63,415 nucleotides of DNA, filler included, from Octopus bimaculoides (GCF_001194135.2; 5 parts of 5 records of this genome joined end to end with filler, not necessarily neighbours in it); one strand, 5' to 3'. Counted from the first letter of the whole stretch, positions 1 through 11,652 are shown. Program-made: numbers and translations. Notes: generated by a model not told the origin, from the letters alone.

Positions 1-49
1 GTAGGGGCTTTTCTTGCCATCGTTTTATCATGGTCCGTTGTTGTTCTAG

Positions 50-50
<1 letters not shown>

Positions 51-104
<54 letters not shown>
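51..104. repeat. (TTA)n microsatellite directly 5' of a SINE
   Basis: About 18 perfect TTA units. Confidence 0.95.
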
Positions 105-106
<2 letters not shown>

Positions 107-294
107 GGTGGTGAGCTGGCATAATCGTTAGCACGCCGGGCGAAAAACTTAGTGGTATTTCGTCTGTCGCTACGTTCTGAGTTCAAATTCCGCCGAGGTC
201 GACTTTACCTTTCATCCTTTCGGGGTCGATAAATTAAGTACCAGTTGTGTACTGATGTCGATCTAATCGACTGACCTCGTCCTCCAAAATTTCA
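105..294 (+). mobile_element. tRNA-derived SINE, family A
   Basis: A-box-like GGTGAGCTGGCATAATCG, B-box-like GAGTTCAAATTCC, core GACTTTACCTTTCATCCTTTCGGGGTCGATAAATTAAGTACCAG; more than 10 related copies in the window. Confidence 0.9.
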
Positions 295-384
295 TTGACC
301 TCGATAATAGATATACAGTTATAGACATATGTGAGTGTATGTATACGTGTATTTATGTACGTATGAGAAAAGAGGGCAGAACAT

Positions 385-535
385 TTGATCACGCATTCGA
401 TGACTGGTACTTATTTTATCGACTCCTCAGAAGGGTGACAAACAGTTGAATCTAGAAGGATTTGAGCTCAGAGGCAGTAAAAGAGTGCAACTGACTACCG
501 CAAAACATTTTGTCCGACGCACTTCTTACTGATGA
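385..535 (-). mobile_element. Degenerate SINE family A copy
   Basis: ACTGGTACTTATTTTATCGAC and GATTTGAGCTCAGA match the reverse complement of the family A core. Confidence 0.6.
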
Positions 536-1010
536 TACCAATCAGTGACCTTGAAATGGTATGTATCAAATACTAGGCAAGACAGATTGCAGGACATTTG
601 GCCGGATATTTAAATATTTGAGGGTTATTTTGTTGCTATTTCTAGCTGGTCGTGCGCTTGAATAAAGATGTCCTGGTCGGCTTAGAAAAAAAGAAGAAAT
701 TGAGGATAACTGTGACATCCATGTTTATTTCTACATTGACAACTCATCCCCTGCTCTAAATGAAGGGATTTGGCTTCAATTCGGAATCTGTAGAGCACTG
801 TACAAAATAAATACCGATATATAATTAAGCCCCTTTATATTCTCAGATAAAATTATACTAGGGTACTTATTTCATTTAAAGTGTGATACGCAAAGTTGAC
901 CTCACTAGCATTTAAAAAGAAAACCGAAAATAGTAAGGGTAAAATGTTTGAAAAGATGAATAAAAGGGTTACAGTAACAGGAGATAATTCGTAAGGTAAT
1001 GAAGGTGGGT

Positions 1011-1372
1011 GGAGGCGCAATGGCCCAGTGGTTAGGGCAGCGGACTCGCGGTCATAGGATCGCGGTTTCAATTCCCAGACCGGGCGTTGTGAGTGTTTAT
1101 TGAGCGAAAACACCTAAAGCTCCACAAGGCTCCGAAAGGAGATGGTGGCGAACCCTGCTGTATTCTTTCACCACAACTTTCTCTCTCACTCTTACTTCCT
1201 GTTTCTGTTGTACCTGTAATTCAAAGGGTCAGCCTTGTCACACTGTTTCACGCTGAATATCCCCGAGAACTACGTTAAGGGTACACGTGTCTGTGGAGTG
1301 CTCAGCCACTTGCACGTTAATTTCACGAGCAGGCTGTTCCGTTGATCGGAGTGCCAACAACAATTACAACAA
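1011..1372 (+). mobile_element. tRNA-derived SINE, family B (long body)
   Basis: tRNA-like head GGCGCAATGGCCCAGTGGTTAGGGCAGCGGACTCGCGG...GGTTTCAATTCCC; body motif CAGCCTTGTCACAC...CACGCTGAAT shared with 29778-29977; (CAA)n-like tail. Confidence 0.85.
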
Positions 1373-1429
1373 TAAAGGTGGAGGAAATCTGAGAATGAAA
1401 GGCGAAGCTAAAATTCAAGGTGGCAAAAA

Positions 1430-1649
1430 GTCGGCGAGCTGGCAGAATCGTTAGCACGCCGGACAAAATGATTAGCGGCATTTCGCACATCTTCACTTTC
1501 TGATTTCAAATTCCATCGAGGTCAACTATGCCTTTCATCATTTCGAGGTCGATAAAATAAACACCAGTTGAACACTGGGTCGATATAGTCAACTTGTCCA
1601 CCCACCCCCCCGAAACTGCTGGCCTTGTCCAAAAATTTGAAACGAATAT
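1430..1649 (+). mobile_element. SINE family A
   Basis: GGCGAGCTGGCAGAATCGTTAGCACGCCGG head plus family A core. Confidence 0.9.
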
Positions 1650-2034
1650 ACACTATGGGAGGGGCGAGCACTAAGTTGTTGACGTACCAGGGTGTCGAGG
1701 TATTCTGTACTTGGGATCACGAATTTAGGGAACGGCAATAAATGTACTAAAAAACTTATCTTATGTTATATTGAAGAAACTAATTGTCAAAGGAATACCA
1801 AAACGTTATGTTGTTCATTCAAGTATGAACACATCATAAGGAACACCCCGTTGTTATCTTGTTTATTTAAGCGTGATCACATCACGATAATTACTCATGG
1901 CAGTTCTCATGACCTAGCATAGAAATTAGCGACAAAGAGACTGATCGCTGTTAATGATATACCTACTGATTCAGTATCAACATTTTCAAAGAAAAACTAT
2001 AAGTAAAAAATGAATATTCAATAACAATAATAAT

Positions 2035-2250
2035 ACTTTCTACTACATCACAAGGGCTGAAATTTGGGAGAGGCGGGGAGGTAATCGATTACATCGACTC
2101 CACTGCTCAACTGGTACTTAATTTATCGACACCGAAAGGATAAAAGGCAAAGTCAACCTCGGCTGATTTGAACTCAGAACTTGGCGACAGACATAATACT
2201 GCTAAGCATTTTGCCAGGTATGCTAACGATTCTGCCAGCTCACCACCTTA
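2035..2250 (-). mobile_element. SINE family A
   Basis: Full reverse-complement head and core; TTA-rich flanks on both sides. Confidence 0.9.
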
Positions 2251-2279
2251 ATAGTAATTATCATTATTTTAATTTTTTG

Positions 2280-2474
2280 ACACAAGGGCAGGTTGTGGGG
2301 AGTAGGGATGAGTTGATTACATCGACCCCAGTGTTCAACTGGAACTTATTTCCTCGACCCCGAAAGTATGAAAGGCAAAGTCAACTTCGGCGGAATTTGG
2401 ACTCAGAATGTAAAGTTGGCCGAAATACCTCTAAGCATGTTGCCAGTAAACGATTTTGCCACTTTGCCGCCTTA
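2280..2474 (-). mobile_element. SINE family A (older, diverged copy)
   Basis: Core CGACCCCGAAAGTATGAAAGGCAAAGTCAAC; degenerate head. Confidence 0.85.
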
Positions 2475-2551
2475 GTTTTTAATAGTTCCTTTCACAGTCT
2501 TCGATAGTTCTTTTCAAAATTATCTCAATAATTTATCCAAAATAAAACTAC

Positions 2552-3655
2552 TCACCATTTTATATAATCTTTTATTTCCTCGTAGTTCACCACTGGAGCG
2601 CTGGGTTCGAAATTCACCTCGGGCCCCAGTGGGTTTATATCTGTCGGGAAAGCCTCTTTTCTCCTCCTTTCTCTCTTCCTTGATTTAGCTTCCTCAAAAT
2701 CAGCTNNNNNNNNNNNNNNNNNNNNNNNNNNNNNNNNNNNNNNNNNNNNNNNNNNNNNNNNNNNNNNNNNNNNNNNNNNNNNNNNNNNNNNNNNNNNNNN
2801 NNNNNNNNNNNNNNNNNNNNNNNNNNNNNNNNNNNNNNNNNNNNNNNNNNNNNNNNNNNNNNNNNNNNNNNNNNNNNNNNNNNNNNNNNNNNNNNNNNNN
2901 NNNNNNNNNNNNNNNNNNNNNNNNNNNNNNNNNNNNNNNNNNNNNNNNNNNNNNNNNNNNNNNNNNNNNNNNNNNNNNNNNNNNNNNNNNNNNNNNNNNN
3001 NNNNNNNNNNNNNNNNNNNNNNNNNNNNNNNNNNNNNNNNNNNNNNNNNNNNNNNNNNNNNNNNNNNNNNNNNNNNNNNNNNNNNNNNNNNNNNNNNNNN
3101 NNNNNNNNNNNNNNNNNNNNNNNNNNNNNNNNNNNNNNNNNNNNNNNNNNNNNNNNNNNNNNNNNNNNNNNNNNNNNNNNNNNNNNNNNNNNNNNNNNNN
3201 NNNNNNNNNNNNNNNNNNNNNNNNNNNNNNNNNNNNNNNNNNNNNNNNNNNNNNNNATTTCCTTTGGCTAGTGTTTTATTGGCGCATTTCTTTGTTGCCT
3301 CCTCCGATACAAACGTTATCACTACAGACGCGTATGTCCTGCCTCTTGTAAAAAACAACACATCTTCTTGCAATTCCTTCAAACACTCCTCCACCTCCTC
3401 CTTCGTTGCACTCTCTATTCTTCTATTTTTCCTTGAAAAGGATTTATATTCCACGACTCCAATATCCATTTTCGTCTTTTCCTCCTCTGATGGGGTCAAC
3501 TTTACGTTTGGCCCCTCCTTCTTTATCATTTCTTTATATTTTTCAATTTTCTCAGCCATGTCTTCATTCCAATGTATTTCATATTGCTTCAGCAGGCCTG
3601 GGACGACGGAAGCTCGACTCCCCGTCGCTGCTGCATACGTCTTCATTTTCTCCAT
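2552..3655 (-). CDS. Probable retroelement ORF1/gag-like protein (MEKMKTYAAATGSRAS...), interrupted by a 551-N gap
   Basis: About 133 open codons before the gap and about 50 after it; K/E-rich N-terminus with YAAA motif followed by a beta/alpha pattern compatible with an RRM-like fold; GGACGTGTT motif in the 5' leader. Family assignment is inference. Confidence 0.55.
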   Translation of the reverse strand: MEKMKTYAAATGSRASVVPGLLKQYEIHWNEDMAEKIEKYKEMIKKEGPNVKLTPSEEEKTKMDIGVVEYKSFSRKNRRIESATKEEVEECLKELQEDVLFFTRGRTYASVVITFVSEEATKKCANKTLAKGNXXXXXXXXXXXXXXXXXXXXXXXXXXXXXXXXXXXXXXXXXXXXXXXXXXXXXXXXXXXXXXXXXXXXXXXXXXXXXXXXXXXXXXXXXXXXXXXXXXXXXXXXXXXXXXXXXXXXXXXXXXXXXXXXXXXXXXXXXXXXXXXXXXXXXXXXXXXXXXXXXXXXXXXXXXXXXXXXXXXXXXXXADFEEAKSRKRERRRKEAFPTDINPLGPEVNFEPSAPVVNYEEIKDYIKW

Positions 3656-3734
3656 CTCAGCTACGCCCACCAAAAAATAGTGGCGTTATACTAAAAAAAT
3701 CGCAGCGAGTAATAACACGTCCGACCAGTAAACT

Positions 3735-3801
3735 TACAGCAGACGAAATACCGCTAAGCATTTCGCCCGGCGTGCTAACGATTATGCCAGTTCACCGCCT
3801 A
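3735..3801 (-). mobile_element. 5' head-only fragment of SINE family A (A box, no B box)
   Basis: Matches the first ~67 nt of family A, then switches abruptly to the leader of the 2552-3655 ORF. Confidence 0.85.
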
Positions 3802-3819
3802 AATAATAATAATGATAAT

Positions 3820-4034
3820 CCTTTGTAGTGGAAGGACAAGGCCTGGAATTTGGAGGAAGGGATTAAGTCGATTACATCGACTTCAGTGTGTAACTGGTAC
3901 TTACTTTAACCAACCCCGAAAGGATGAAAAGCAAAGTCGATCTCGGCGGAATTTGAACTCAGAACGTAGCGACAGACAAAATACCGCTTAGCATTCCGCC
4001 CGGTGTGCTAACGATTATGCTAACTAACCGCCTT
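3820..4034 (-). mobile_element. SINE family A, full length
   Basis: Complete head and core, embedded in (TTA)n. Confidence 0.9.
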
Positions 4035-4219
4035 AATAATAATAATAATAGTGATAATAATAATGATAACACTTATCAGTTAATTAAACACTCTACCAGT
4101 ATTTTAAGAAAACAATCAATTCATTCATCCAAGTCACGTATCAAGAATGGTGTAGGTTTCGAAGAGTGGTTACTATGAATTACTTAATGTAGACAATATT
4201 AAGAAAAANNNNNNNNNNG

Positions 4220-4251
<32 letters not shown>

Positions 4252-4259
4252 CACACATA

Positions 4260-4775
4260 CAGGGTGCGGTGAATATACTGTCGTCTGAATTACTCAAAAA
4301 TAAAAATAGCACTGACATCTCATTTTAACAGATGTTTACCAAAATTACATTAAAATCTTGAAATACTAAAGTGTAAATTTATTCAATGAAATCACCATTG
4401 GTTTCAACCACGGCTTTCAGACGATTTTGGAATCTCTTGCAGCCCTTTTGAACGGTCTCCTTGTTTAAGTTGATCAATGCTGCCATAATACTTGCCTTGA
4501 GTTCATCTTTGGTGTTACAAGGAGTTTTGTTGGTCACTCGCTCAACTGCGCCCCACACATAATAATCAAGGTGGTTGCATTCTGGGGAGTTAGGTAGCCA
4601 GATGTTAGGGGTGATATGGTCAAAGAAATTGTTAGACAGCCATGACTGTGTTCTGCTGCTTGTGTGGCATGGTGCAGGGTCCTGCAGCCACCCTCTTGGA
4701 TGAAGGCAGCACCAACACCTCCAGGCACTTGATGTAGGTGTCTATGTTGAGTCTGAGGCCGTGTGGCGGAATCAC
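4260..4775 (-). mobile_element. Tc1/mariner maT-like (DD37D-type) transposon, 3' part with terminal repeat
   Basis: TA|CAGGGTG terminus; minus-strand translation HITPNIWLPNSPECNHLDYYVWGAVERVTNKTPCNTKDELKAS...VVETNGDFIE*; the WQQD segment is deleted. Confidence 0.85.
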
Positions 4776-5114
4776 TATTCCACTATATCTACACATTCTG
4801 TGCAGTTTTCCAACGGTCTTTCAGCAACAGCACACATTGATAAACGCAGTGACGACTACAAAATTCAGGCCACGGCAGACAGAGAGGATGTTCTTGAAGC
4901 CCAGAATTTGAAACTAAGGAGATAATATTCCCATATCGCCTGAGGAAACACAACTAGATCTCATAATGCAGGGAAGAGGTTGCATAATCAAGTATTTGCA
5001 CGCCTGGAGAACCACGTAGCGTAGACACAATTGTAGTGATTGAAAATAAAGGTCGAACTGTACTCCTTGTTGACTCCAAATTTTTCCAATTATATATATA
5101 TAACAAAGGCATAG

Positions 5115-5146
<32 letters not shown>

Positions 5147-5246
5147 NNNNNNNNNNNNNNNNNNNNNNNNNNNNNNNNNNNNNNNNNNNNTTAATTAATT
5201 AANNNNNNNNNNNNNNNNNNNNNNNNNNNNNNNNNNNNNNNNNNNN
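5147..5246. other. Artificial 100-bp scaffolding spacer (44N-TTAATTAATTAA-44N)
   Basis: Identical layout at 32415-32514, 43871-43970 and 49329-49428; the 12-mer has stop codons in all six frames. Confidence 0.9.
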
Positions 5247-5334
5247 AGAGAGAGAGAGACAGAGAGAGAGAGAGAGACAGAGAGAGACAGAGAGACAGAG
5301 ACAGAGACAGAGATAGAGATAGATAGATAGATAT

Positions 5335-5381
<47 letters not shown>
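5247..5381. repeat. Compound (AG)n/(AGAC)n/(ATAG)n microsatellite
   Basis: Direct reading. Confidence 0.95.
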
Positions 5382-5991
5382 TTTATAACTTTTTTACTGA
5401 GTCGCCAAAGTCTTGTTTTATTATTAATGACACAAAAAAATATTGATACAGTCTTTTAAAACTGTTAAGTTACATAGCTTTGTAATAAATGCATTGAAGT
5501 ATACTATGTTTTAAAAATTATCTCATTCAGACTTTATGATACAAGGTCAATTTTATTTTCCCGAATCAAAGCCGAACCAGTAATATATTGGGGTCATTCA
5601 AACGAATCTATAGACCCGAAGTTAAAAGAAAAAAAAATACGTAATCGTATCTCCAAATAAATTCTTTTTGAAAATACAAAACAGTTAAGCGAACTACAAA
5701 GTCTGTGTGTTTAATGGCTTATTCGCTGTCGTGATATAATTCAATGGCCAATGTGATTTAGATATATTATAATACTATTTGCGTCGATAATATAATTTCG
5801 TAATCAAAGTGATAAATATAAATTTTATATGGCTTCCGTTAGGTTTACTAATATGATTATGTATAATACTGATGTTTTGCACACAAAGCAAAAAACAGAT
5901 AAAATAGCAACAGTATATATACTTGTATAGAGTTTAAAATTAACATCAAACGGTTTTAAAAGAGAAACAGGTAAATGCATTATTGTTATTC

Positions 5992-6033
5992 TCATCATCA
6001 TCATCATCATCATCATCATCACCATCATCATCA

Positions 6034-6126
<93 letters not shown>

Positions 6127-6150
6127 TCATCATCATCATCATCATTATTA
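5992..6150. repeat. Compound (CAT)n(TAT)n(CAT)n microsatellite at the 3' end of a LINE
   Basis: Direct reading. Confidence 0.95.
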
Positions 6151-6162
6151 CTAGTATTATTA

Positions 6163-8118
6163 TTTATTGTCTTTGCACAGTTTCTAACGCTGAAGATGTA
6201 CTACGGTGCCAGCTATTCACTACCTGTGAAATAAGGTAACATCCCTTATTTTTTAAGCACCATCCGGAGTATTCGGGCGGTTCCAAGCAGTGCTGTTTTC
6301 TGCAAGTGCTCCATCCTTATCGCAGCCCCTATTTGTTCCATGTACTTCTCAAGATTTTTACTCATTGTTCCCAGGACTCCGACAATTATTGGTACTACCA
6401 CCATCATTTTCAGCGACCACAACTGCTTAACCTCCCACGCTAACCTGTCATATCTATCGATTTTTCTTTCTTCCTTATCGCACACCTTGCTATATCTATG
6501 ATCCAGCATCGTTTGCATTCTTTCTCAATTAAGACTATGTCTCGCTTCCTATTCTCTATCTCATGGTCGCACTAAATCATAAAATCCCATACGATCTTTG
6601 CATTATCATTTTCGACAATGCCTTCGGATTTATGTTCCTACCCCTTTTTTTCTCTGTAAAGCCAATACATGTTGCAAAGTGTCCAATGGACAAGCATTGC
6701 TTTATTGTCATGGCGTCTCTTTTTGGGCTAGTGGCGTACCTTGACTGGTATTATGCCATACGGTTTCACCATATTGTCTACTAATTCTGCAGTTAACACT
6801 TTCTGATATTGTCTATTCTGTATTTGATATAATTTGTTCTTAATGCTTGCTCCTAGGCAGCACAGATTACAGCCTCCGTTTCCGGTTTTAAATCACTTTT
6901 AGTTATCCATAGCCATCTTTTTTCTCCGTCTGTCTTATCTAAAAGCATCTCTATGAAATTGACCGTGCATTCTTTTCTTTACCCACATATTTTCAGTTTC
7001 ATTTATTCTCAATTCCTTGTAGAGTGCTTTATCTTTGCAACGTTCCATCCTACGCAAATCTGATCTTCTTACTTCCAATAATAGCGGTTCTGTAATATTT
7101 CTTATATACCACGCTATGTTATTTTCTTCTGCTCTAATTCTGCGTTCCCATCCAATCCGTTCTCTTCTCCCTCTTTTTTTTGTGGTGCATACAGTCTGTC
7201 TGTATCACTTGTTGGGTGGTGTTTCCCATATCTAGTCAGCAACTTCCTTGTATTTCTATCTAAGCTATTTAATTCGTCTACTGTCCATGCAATTATCCCT
7301 GCTCAGGTGTTGATAACCTTAATGTTATTCCGTCCGTTTAATTTCTACTTAAGTATGTGTCTCAGTCTGCGCAAGTATTCCACCTCAGATTTTTCTGTCA
7401 ATTCTTTCTCCATCAATTTATCCATTTCCAAATATCCCCAAGTACTTATAGTCCGTCTCCTCTATCTGGTTCATAACCTGCCCCGATGATATCGTTAGTA
7501 CGTCCGTACATTTAATTTTGCCTCTCTTCAAGACTAACACACCACACTTTTTCAGACCGAACTCCATTGTGATATCAGCACTGAAGGTGTACACCGTATC
7601 ATCGAGGGAACTGACTTGGGATTCATCTTTACCATAAAGTTTGAGGTCATCCATGAATAACAAGTGGTTGACTTTTTGTTGGCGGCTTTTGAATACAAAC
7701 CCAACCTTTGCTTTCCCCAGAATTATTATTAGTGGTATCATGCAGGGTACAAAGATCAGTGGGGAAAGGCAGTCCCCTTGGTAGATGCCTCTCCTGATTT
7801 CTCTTTTCCCTAAACTTCTTCCATATGCTATTATTTCCGTCCTCCACGTCACCGTACTTTTTTCAAGCAATCGCTCAACATTCGCTACAATACCCAATAG
7901 ATTCAAACATTCCATAATCCAAGAATGTGGGATTATATCTTACGCCTTACGATAATCGATCCATGACATGGCTAAGTTAGTTTTCCTCCTCTTGCAGTCT
8001 CTAAGTACCAGGCGTTGATCTGTGGTACATCTGCACTTACGCTCGCAACTCTTCTGCTCATGTGACATGACTCCATTGTTTTCCTGATGTCCGTACATTG
8101 ACTCTACGACTATTCCAG
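6163..8118 (-). mobile_element. 5'-truncated, decayed R4/Dong-like non-LTR retrotransposon (RT, CCHC region, restriction-like endonuclease)
   Basis: RT motifs WIDYRKAYD, RGIYQGDCLSP, NHLLFMDDLKLY; EQALRTNYIK; RLE segment NRKRDIV...IIDIA...KIDRY; C-terminus LQKTALLGTARILRMVL*; stops and frameshifts; (TAA)n-type repeats on both flanks. Confidence 0.92.
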
Positions 8119-8769
8119 TATTATTATTATCATCATTATTAAGGCGCTGGGCTGATCATATCAATATCAATACTTGGCTACAAAAAAGGCAGAGTCGCTG
8201 TTTTTTTGTGACAGTCAGAAATGGGAACGTAAACAGCCGTAAATATATGCTGCGAGACACTTTTAAAGATACATTACTTTTCCATCACTTTTAGTTATTA
8301 AAATCTTTACTGTTTGTAAAGTCTTGTTTCTCCTTTTTTTACTTTTCCATTTCTTTTGTTTTTGTTTTTTGAGGCAGAAATTTGTTTCAAATACTACCAA
8401 ATGAAAATCATTTTGTGGTTTATCCGAAAACAACGATTTTAATTATTTGAAGACGAACTGTTCCCGATACACTAAGTAAACGCAAAGGTTTTAATCTATT
8501 TGATTACACACCCGCATCATCAACATTTTCTGCTGAATTCTCCCACCGAACAAAACAAGATACATCAGCAGGAAACAAGACGCAAGTGAAAGCACACAGC
8601 ATGAACAACAATAAAGAAATCGAGTGCATACTAGGTCTGATCAAAACTAATTAAGACTGTAACTATGGTAGCGGTACTAAAGTACGCAGAGTAAAGCCGC
8701 TTGACAAAGATTGACCTTGGACTCTATCAAGCATGTTAAGATATAACGTTCTCGCTCACTTCCGTTGTT

Positions 8770-9168
8770 TTGTAGCACAGCTTGGAAGTAAAGTGTGTAA
8801 AGAAGATAGGATATCAACTGCGCAGGGTCTCCTTGATTGTGTCGAGAAAGGAAAGCACTGTTTTAAAATGTTCATAACACGTAACGAATTGTGGGTCTAT
8901 GGCTATGAACCCGAAGCCAAGGCAAGAATCAAATTCGTCTCGTAAGAACAAGATGTCAAGACGTCGACAAAATCTATGAGAATGTGACGGAGCAGCTGCT
9001 CGCTCTCCCCAAAGTGGTGTCCCAGGAATGCTTACATCAATGGAAGCGACGCTATATAACGTGTGTCTTTCGAAGGGGACTGCTTGGAAAGAGATAAAAT
9101 GCCGATTTGATGTGTTGTAATTTTCTTTTTAAACCAACAGTTTCAATACCTGTGGATCAAACTTCGTA
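8770..9168 (+). mobile_element. Internally deleted mariner remnant with right TIR
   Basis: FITRNELWVYGYEPEAK resembles IITGDETWVYGYDPETK; C-terminal QDVDKIYENVTEQLLALPK; ends ...GATCAAACTTCG|TA. Confidence 0.75.
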
Positions 9169-10054
9169 CGTTTAGACATTTTACTGAACATGTAGTACAA
9201 GAATTGTGTTTTAAACAACATAAAAATTATTTTTAAAGCTAAATGCTGATAAACAACACTTCTGTCACTGAGACAACTCTGTTAATACCAGCATTTAGAA
9301 CTTTTAGCAAAGAAGTTGGTTATGACCTTGTCACGATACAAAAATTGTGTGCGGAAACCACTCAACAAGAACTGCAAACTCTACTTTCCAGAGTATCCTA
9401 GCCACAGCTCTGCAGAATGGTGCAAGGGATTACTTCTTGTTACAGCTTACAAATGAGCCAGAAGACCTCTCGTGCCATTACAGCAATCTATCATCCATCA
9501 TCGGAAAAGAGAAAAAAGGTACTGTCTACAGCGAAAGTATGCAATTAAAAAGTAATTAACGTACAGAAAAGGAAAAAGAAAACATACAATATGTCGGCAC
9601 TAAGAGAAAATAAGTAAAATAACTATAAGATTTGTAGTGCTTTAGACAGCAGCACAAGAACTAAGAGAAGCGAGCTGTTGTATCCAGTTAGTGACAAGAA
9701 GCATGTTATCTCGGACCGCTGCTCCAACAAGACTTTTGTTTTCATCATCGATTTCAGTTACCCGAAAATCCGAACATGCAGTCATATTTCGATCATAGTA
9801 GAGAACTTTACTCCGGTAGAAAATATATATAATTTATAAGGGATTTCTGTTCGTCCAAGATTAGAACTGTTATAGAAGTAATTCTTTATCATAAAGTATA
9901 CAGTTAGTGCCGAATAAATGAGGCGATCGTGTCTTCTTACTGGAAATGAGGTCGACATTAAAATAAGAGGTATTAGCATGCCAACATCATCAACTGTTTT
10001 AACGATTGCACAGAAACAAATCCTTACGCAGAGTCTGTCTCATATAAATATATT

Positions 10055-10450
10055 TGTTCGTCTGTCGTTGTTGACGATGACCAAAAGCATCAAATAGGAT
10101 AAGACGGAGCACGATGTCGGTGTGTCCCGCTCTGGCCAATCAATCCCATGCCTACTCGGAAGGCTTTGCTGCAGGTGGGACGCGGCTGGCCTGTTAGGTC
10201 TGAAGGCAAGAGGTTGCGAGGTTCGCATTTTCTTTGTACTTCTATAACCTTGTTCTGTTTGTAGACGATGGCACCTTTGTTGGGGCATTTTCGCTAGACA
10301 TGGCGGTCTTGTGTTTGTGCTTTCTAGGTGTCGAGGTTGATCTCGAAGGTATTTAGTGAGGCTTTGAGTCTCAATTTGAAGCGCTTTTTTCTGTTTGCCT
10401 TGCGTGCACCTGCCTTCCGTCAGTTCGCTGTTAAACAGTATCCTGGGGAG
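10055..10450 (-). mobile_element. RTE-clade LINE 3' fragment
   Basis: Frameshifted ILFNSELTEGRCTQGKQKK(R)FK...CPTCSKAFRVGMGLIGQSGTH; 3' end GGTCATCGTCAACAACGACAGACGAAC. Confidence 0.8.
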
Positions 10451-10514
10451 TGAAACACTTTCAGACATATATACACTCACATTGCTTCTCTCACACGCAT
10501 ATTATGCTTGTTTG

Positions 10515-10556
<42 letters not shown>

Positions 10557-11652
10557 ACAGTGTATTCTAGTCTTTGTATGAAGTTATGTAAACAAAATTG
10601 CTATTTAGTCTTTAATCTATAGTTTATAGTTAATTAAGATGGCGCTCACTAACATTTAATCAATTCTCCTTAATAATAACTTTGCTACTTTGTTATAATT
10701 TGTTTTCGACATCACCGTGTTTTTTTATGTATCATAGACAAAACCGGATGACATATGAGAGAGTGGGGAAGGAGACAAACTGAATGTGTATGTGATTGGT
10801 ATTGATGAATAAATCGATAGATACATATATAGATAACTAGTAAAGAGAAAGAAAACACTGGAATGATGAATATTGCCTATTAACTAGTGGAAGATAGTCA
10901 TCAACAAGTGTAGAAAAGAAGCAAATACTAGCCTAAGTGAAAAAATTAAAACCAATTTAAAGAGTCGGAGACAGCAATAAAGGGGATTCACAAAATACTT
11001 TTTATCCAGTCACCACATTTTTATCCCGTTCAAATGTTAAATTAAAACAAGATTTTATTTTAAACCACGAATAGAAATAGCTGAAAATTTACTTTGCTGT
11101 TTCTGTAATTTTCATTGAATTATTTTATGTATATTTTTTCATGGCTTCATGAAAAGGACATACTGTCGACTGCAAGATCCCAGATCGAACGGTGTTTTGA
11201 GTTCTTGAGAAAATTGTCTTGATTTCTTGTTGTGCTATCCACTCGACTGGAAATGCGTTGCCCTGCGATAGGCTGGTCTGCAGTTTAAGAGGAAGTGAGT
11301 GATTTTGTGATATCACTTACTTGTAAGCCATGGAACCGGAGTAACCAGCCTTATGAATCCTGGCACACGAGACAGCGTCTATCTTTACTGTTACATTGAT
11401 TCAGATAAATATAATTCAAGATGCTGGTTATATTTAATATTTCCACGGTGACCTGCTCTGGGAGATGTCCAAGAATATTACGACATTCAGTATTTATGCA
11501 TTAATAATTTGTCAGTTGGAGAAGTTCATTCGCCTGTGTTTATCACATCCGTTTTCGATAGTCACAATGTTTCAGGCAACCTCATGGACTGGGTTTTCAC
11601 AGAATTAGGGTAAATTATTACTTCTTTGAAATGGATTTGTTGTAAGAATATA

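Noticed and set aside
750-815. CTAAATGAAGGG...CGGAATC...AATAAA resembling a decayed pLTR hammerhead
   Set aside because: Both core halves are mutated and no stems can be drawn
1011-1085. tRNA gene candidates (also 59101-59175 and other SINE heads)
   Set aside because: A/B boxes are present but acceptor stems do not pair, and most continue into SINE bodies
2410-2474. Idea that the SINE head at 3735-3801 is a long TSD of this SINE's head
   Set aside because: The two heads are far too diverged from each other
5191-5202. TTAATTAATTAA palindrome recurring four times
   Set aside because: Always centred in 44N+12+44N = 100 bp with six-frame stops; an assembly spacer, not biology
9239-9299. 10-bp inverted repeat CTAAATGCTG/CAGCATTTAG
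   Set aside because: Too short to distinguish from chance; no TSD
11558-11592. Hammerhead-like AGTC-CATGAGG-TTG-CCT-GAAAC-ATT-GT-GACT on minus
   Set aside because: The core lacks UG of CUGAUGA and has G at the cleavage position; at best a dead relic
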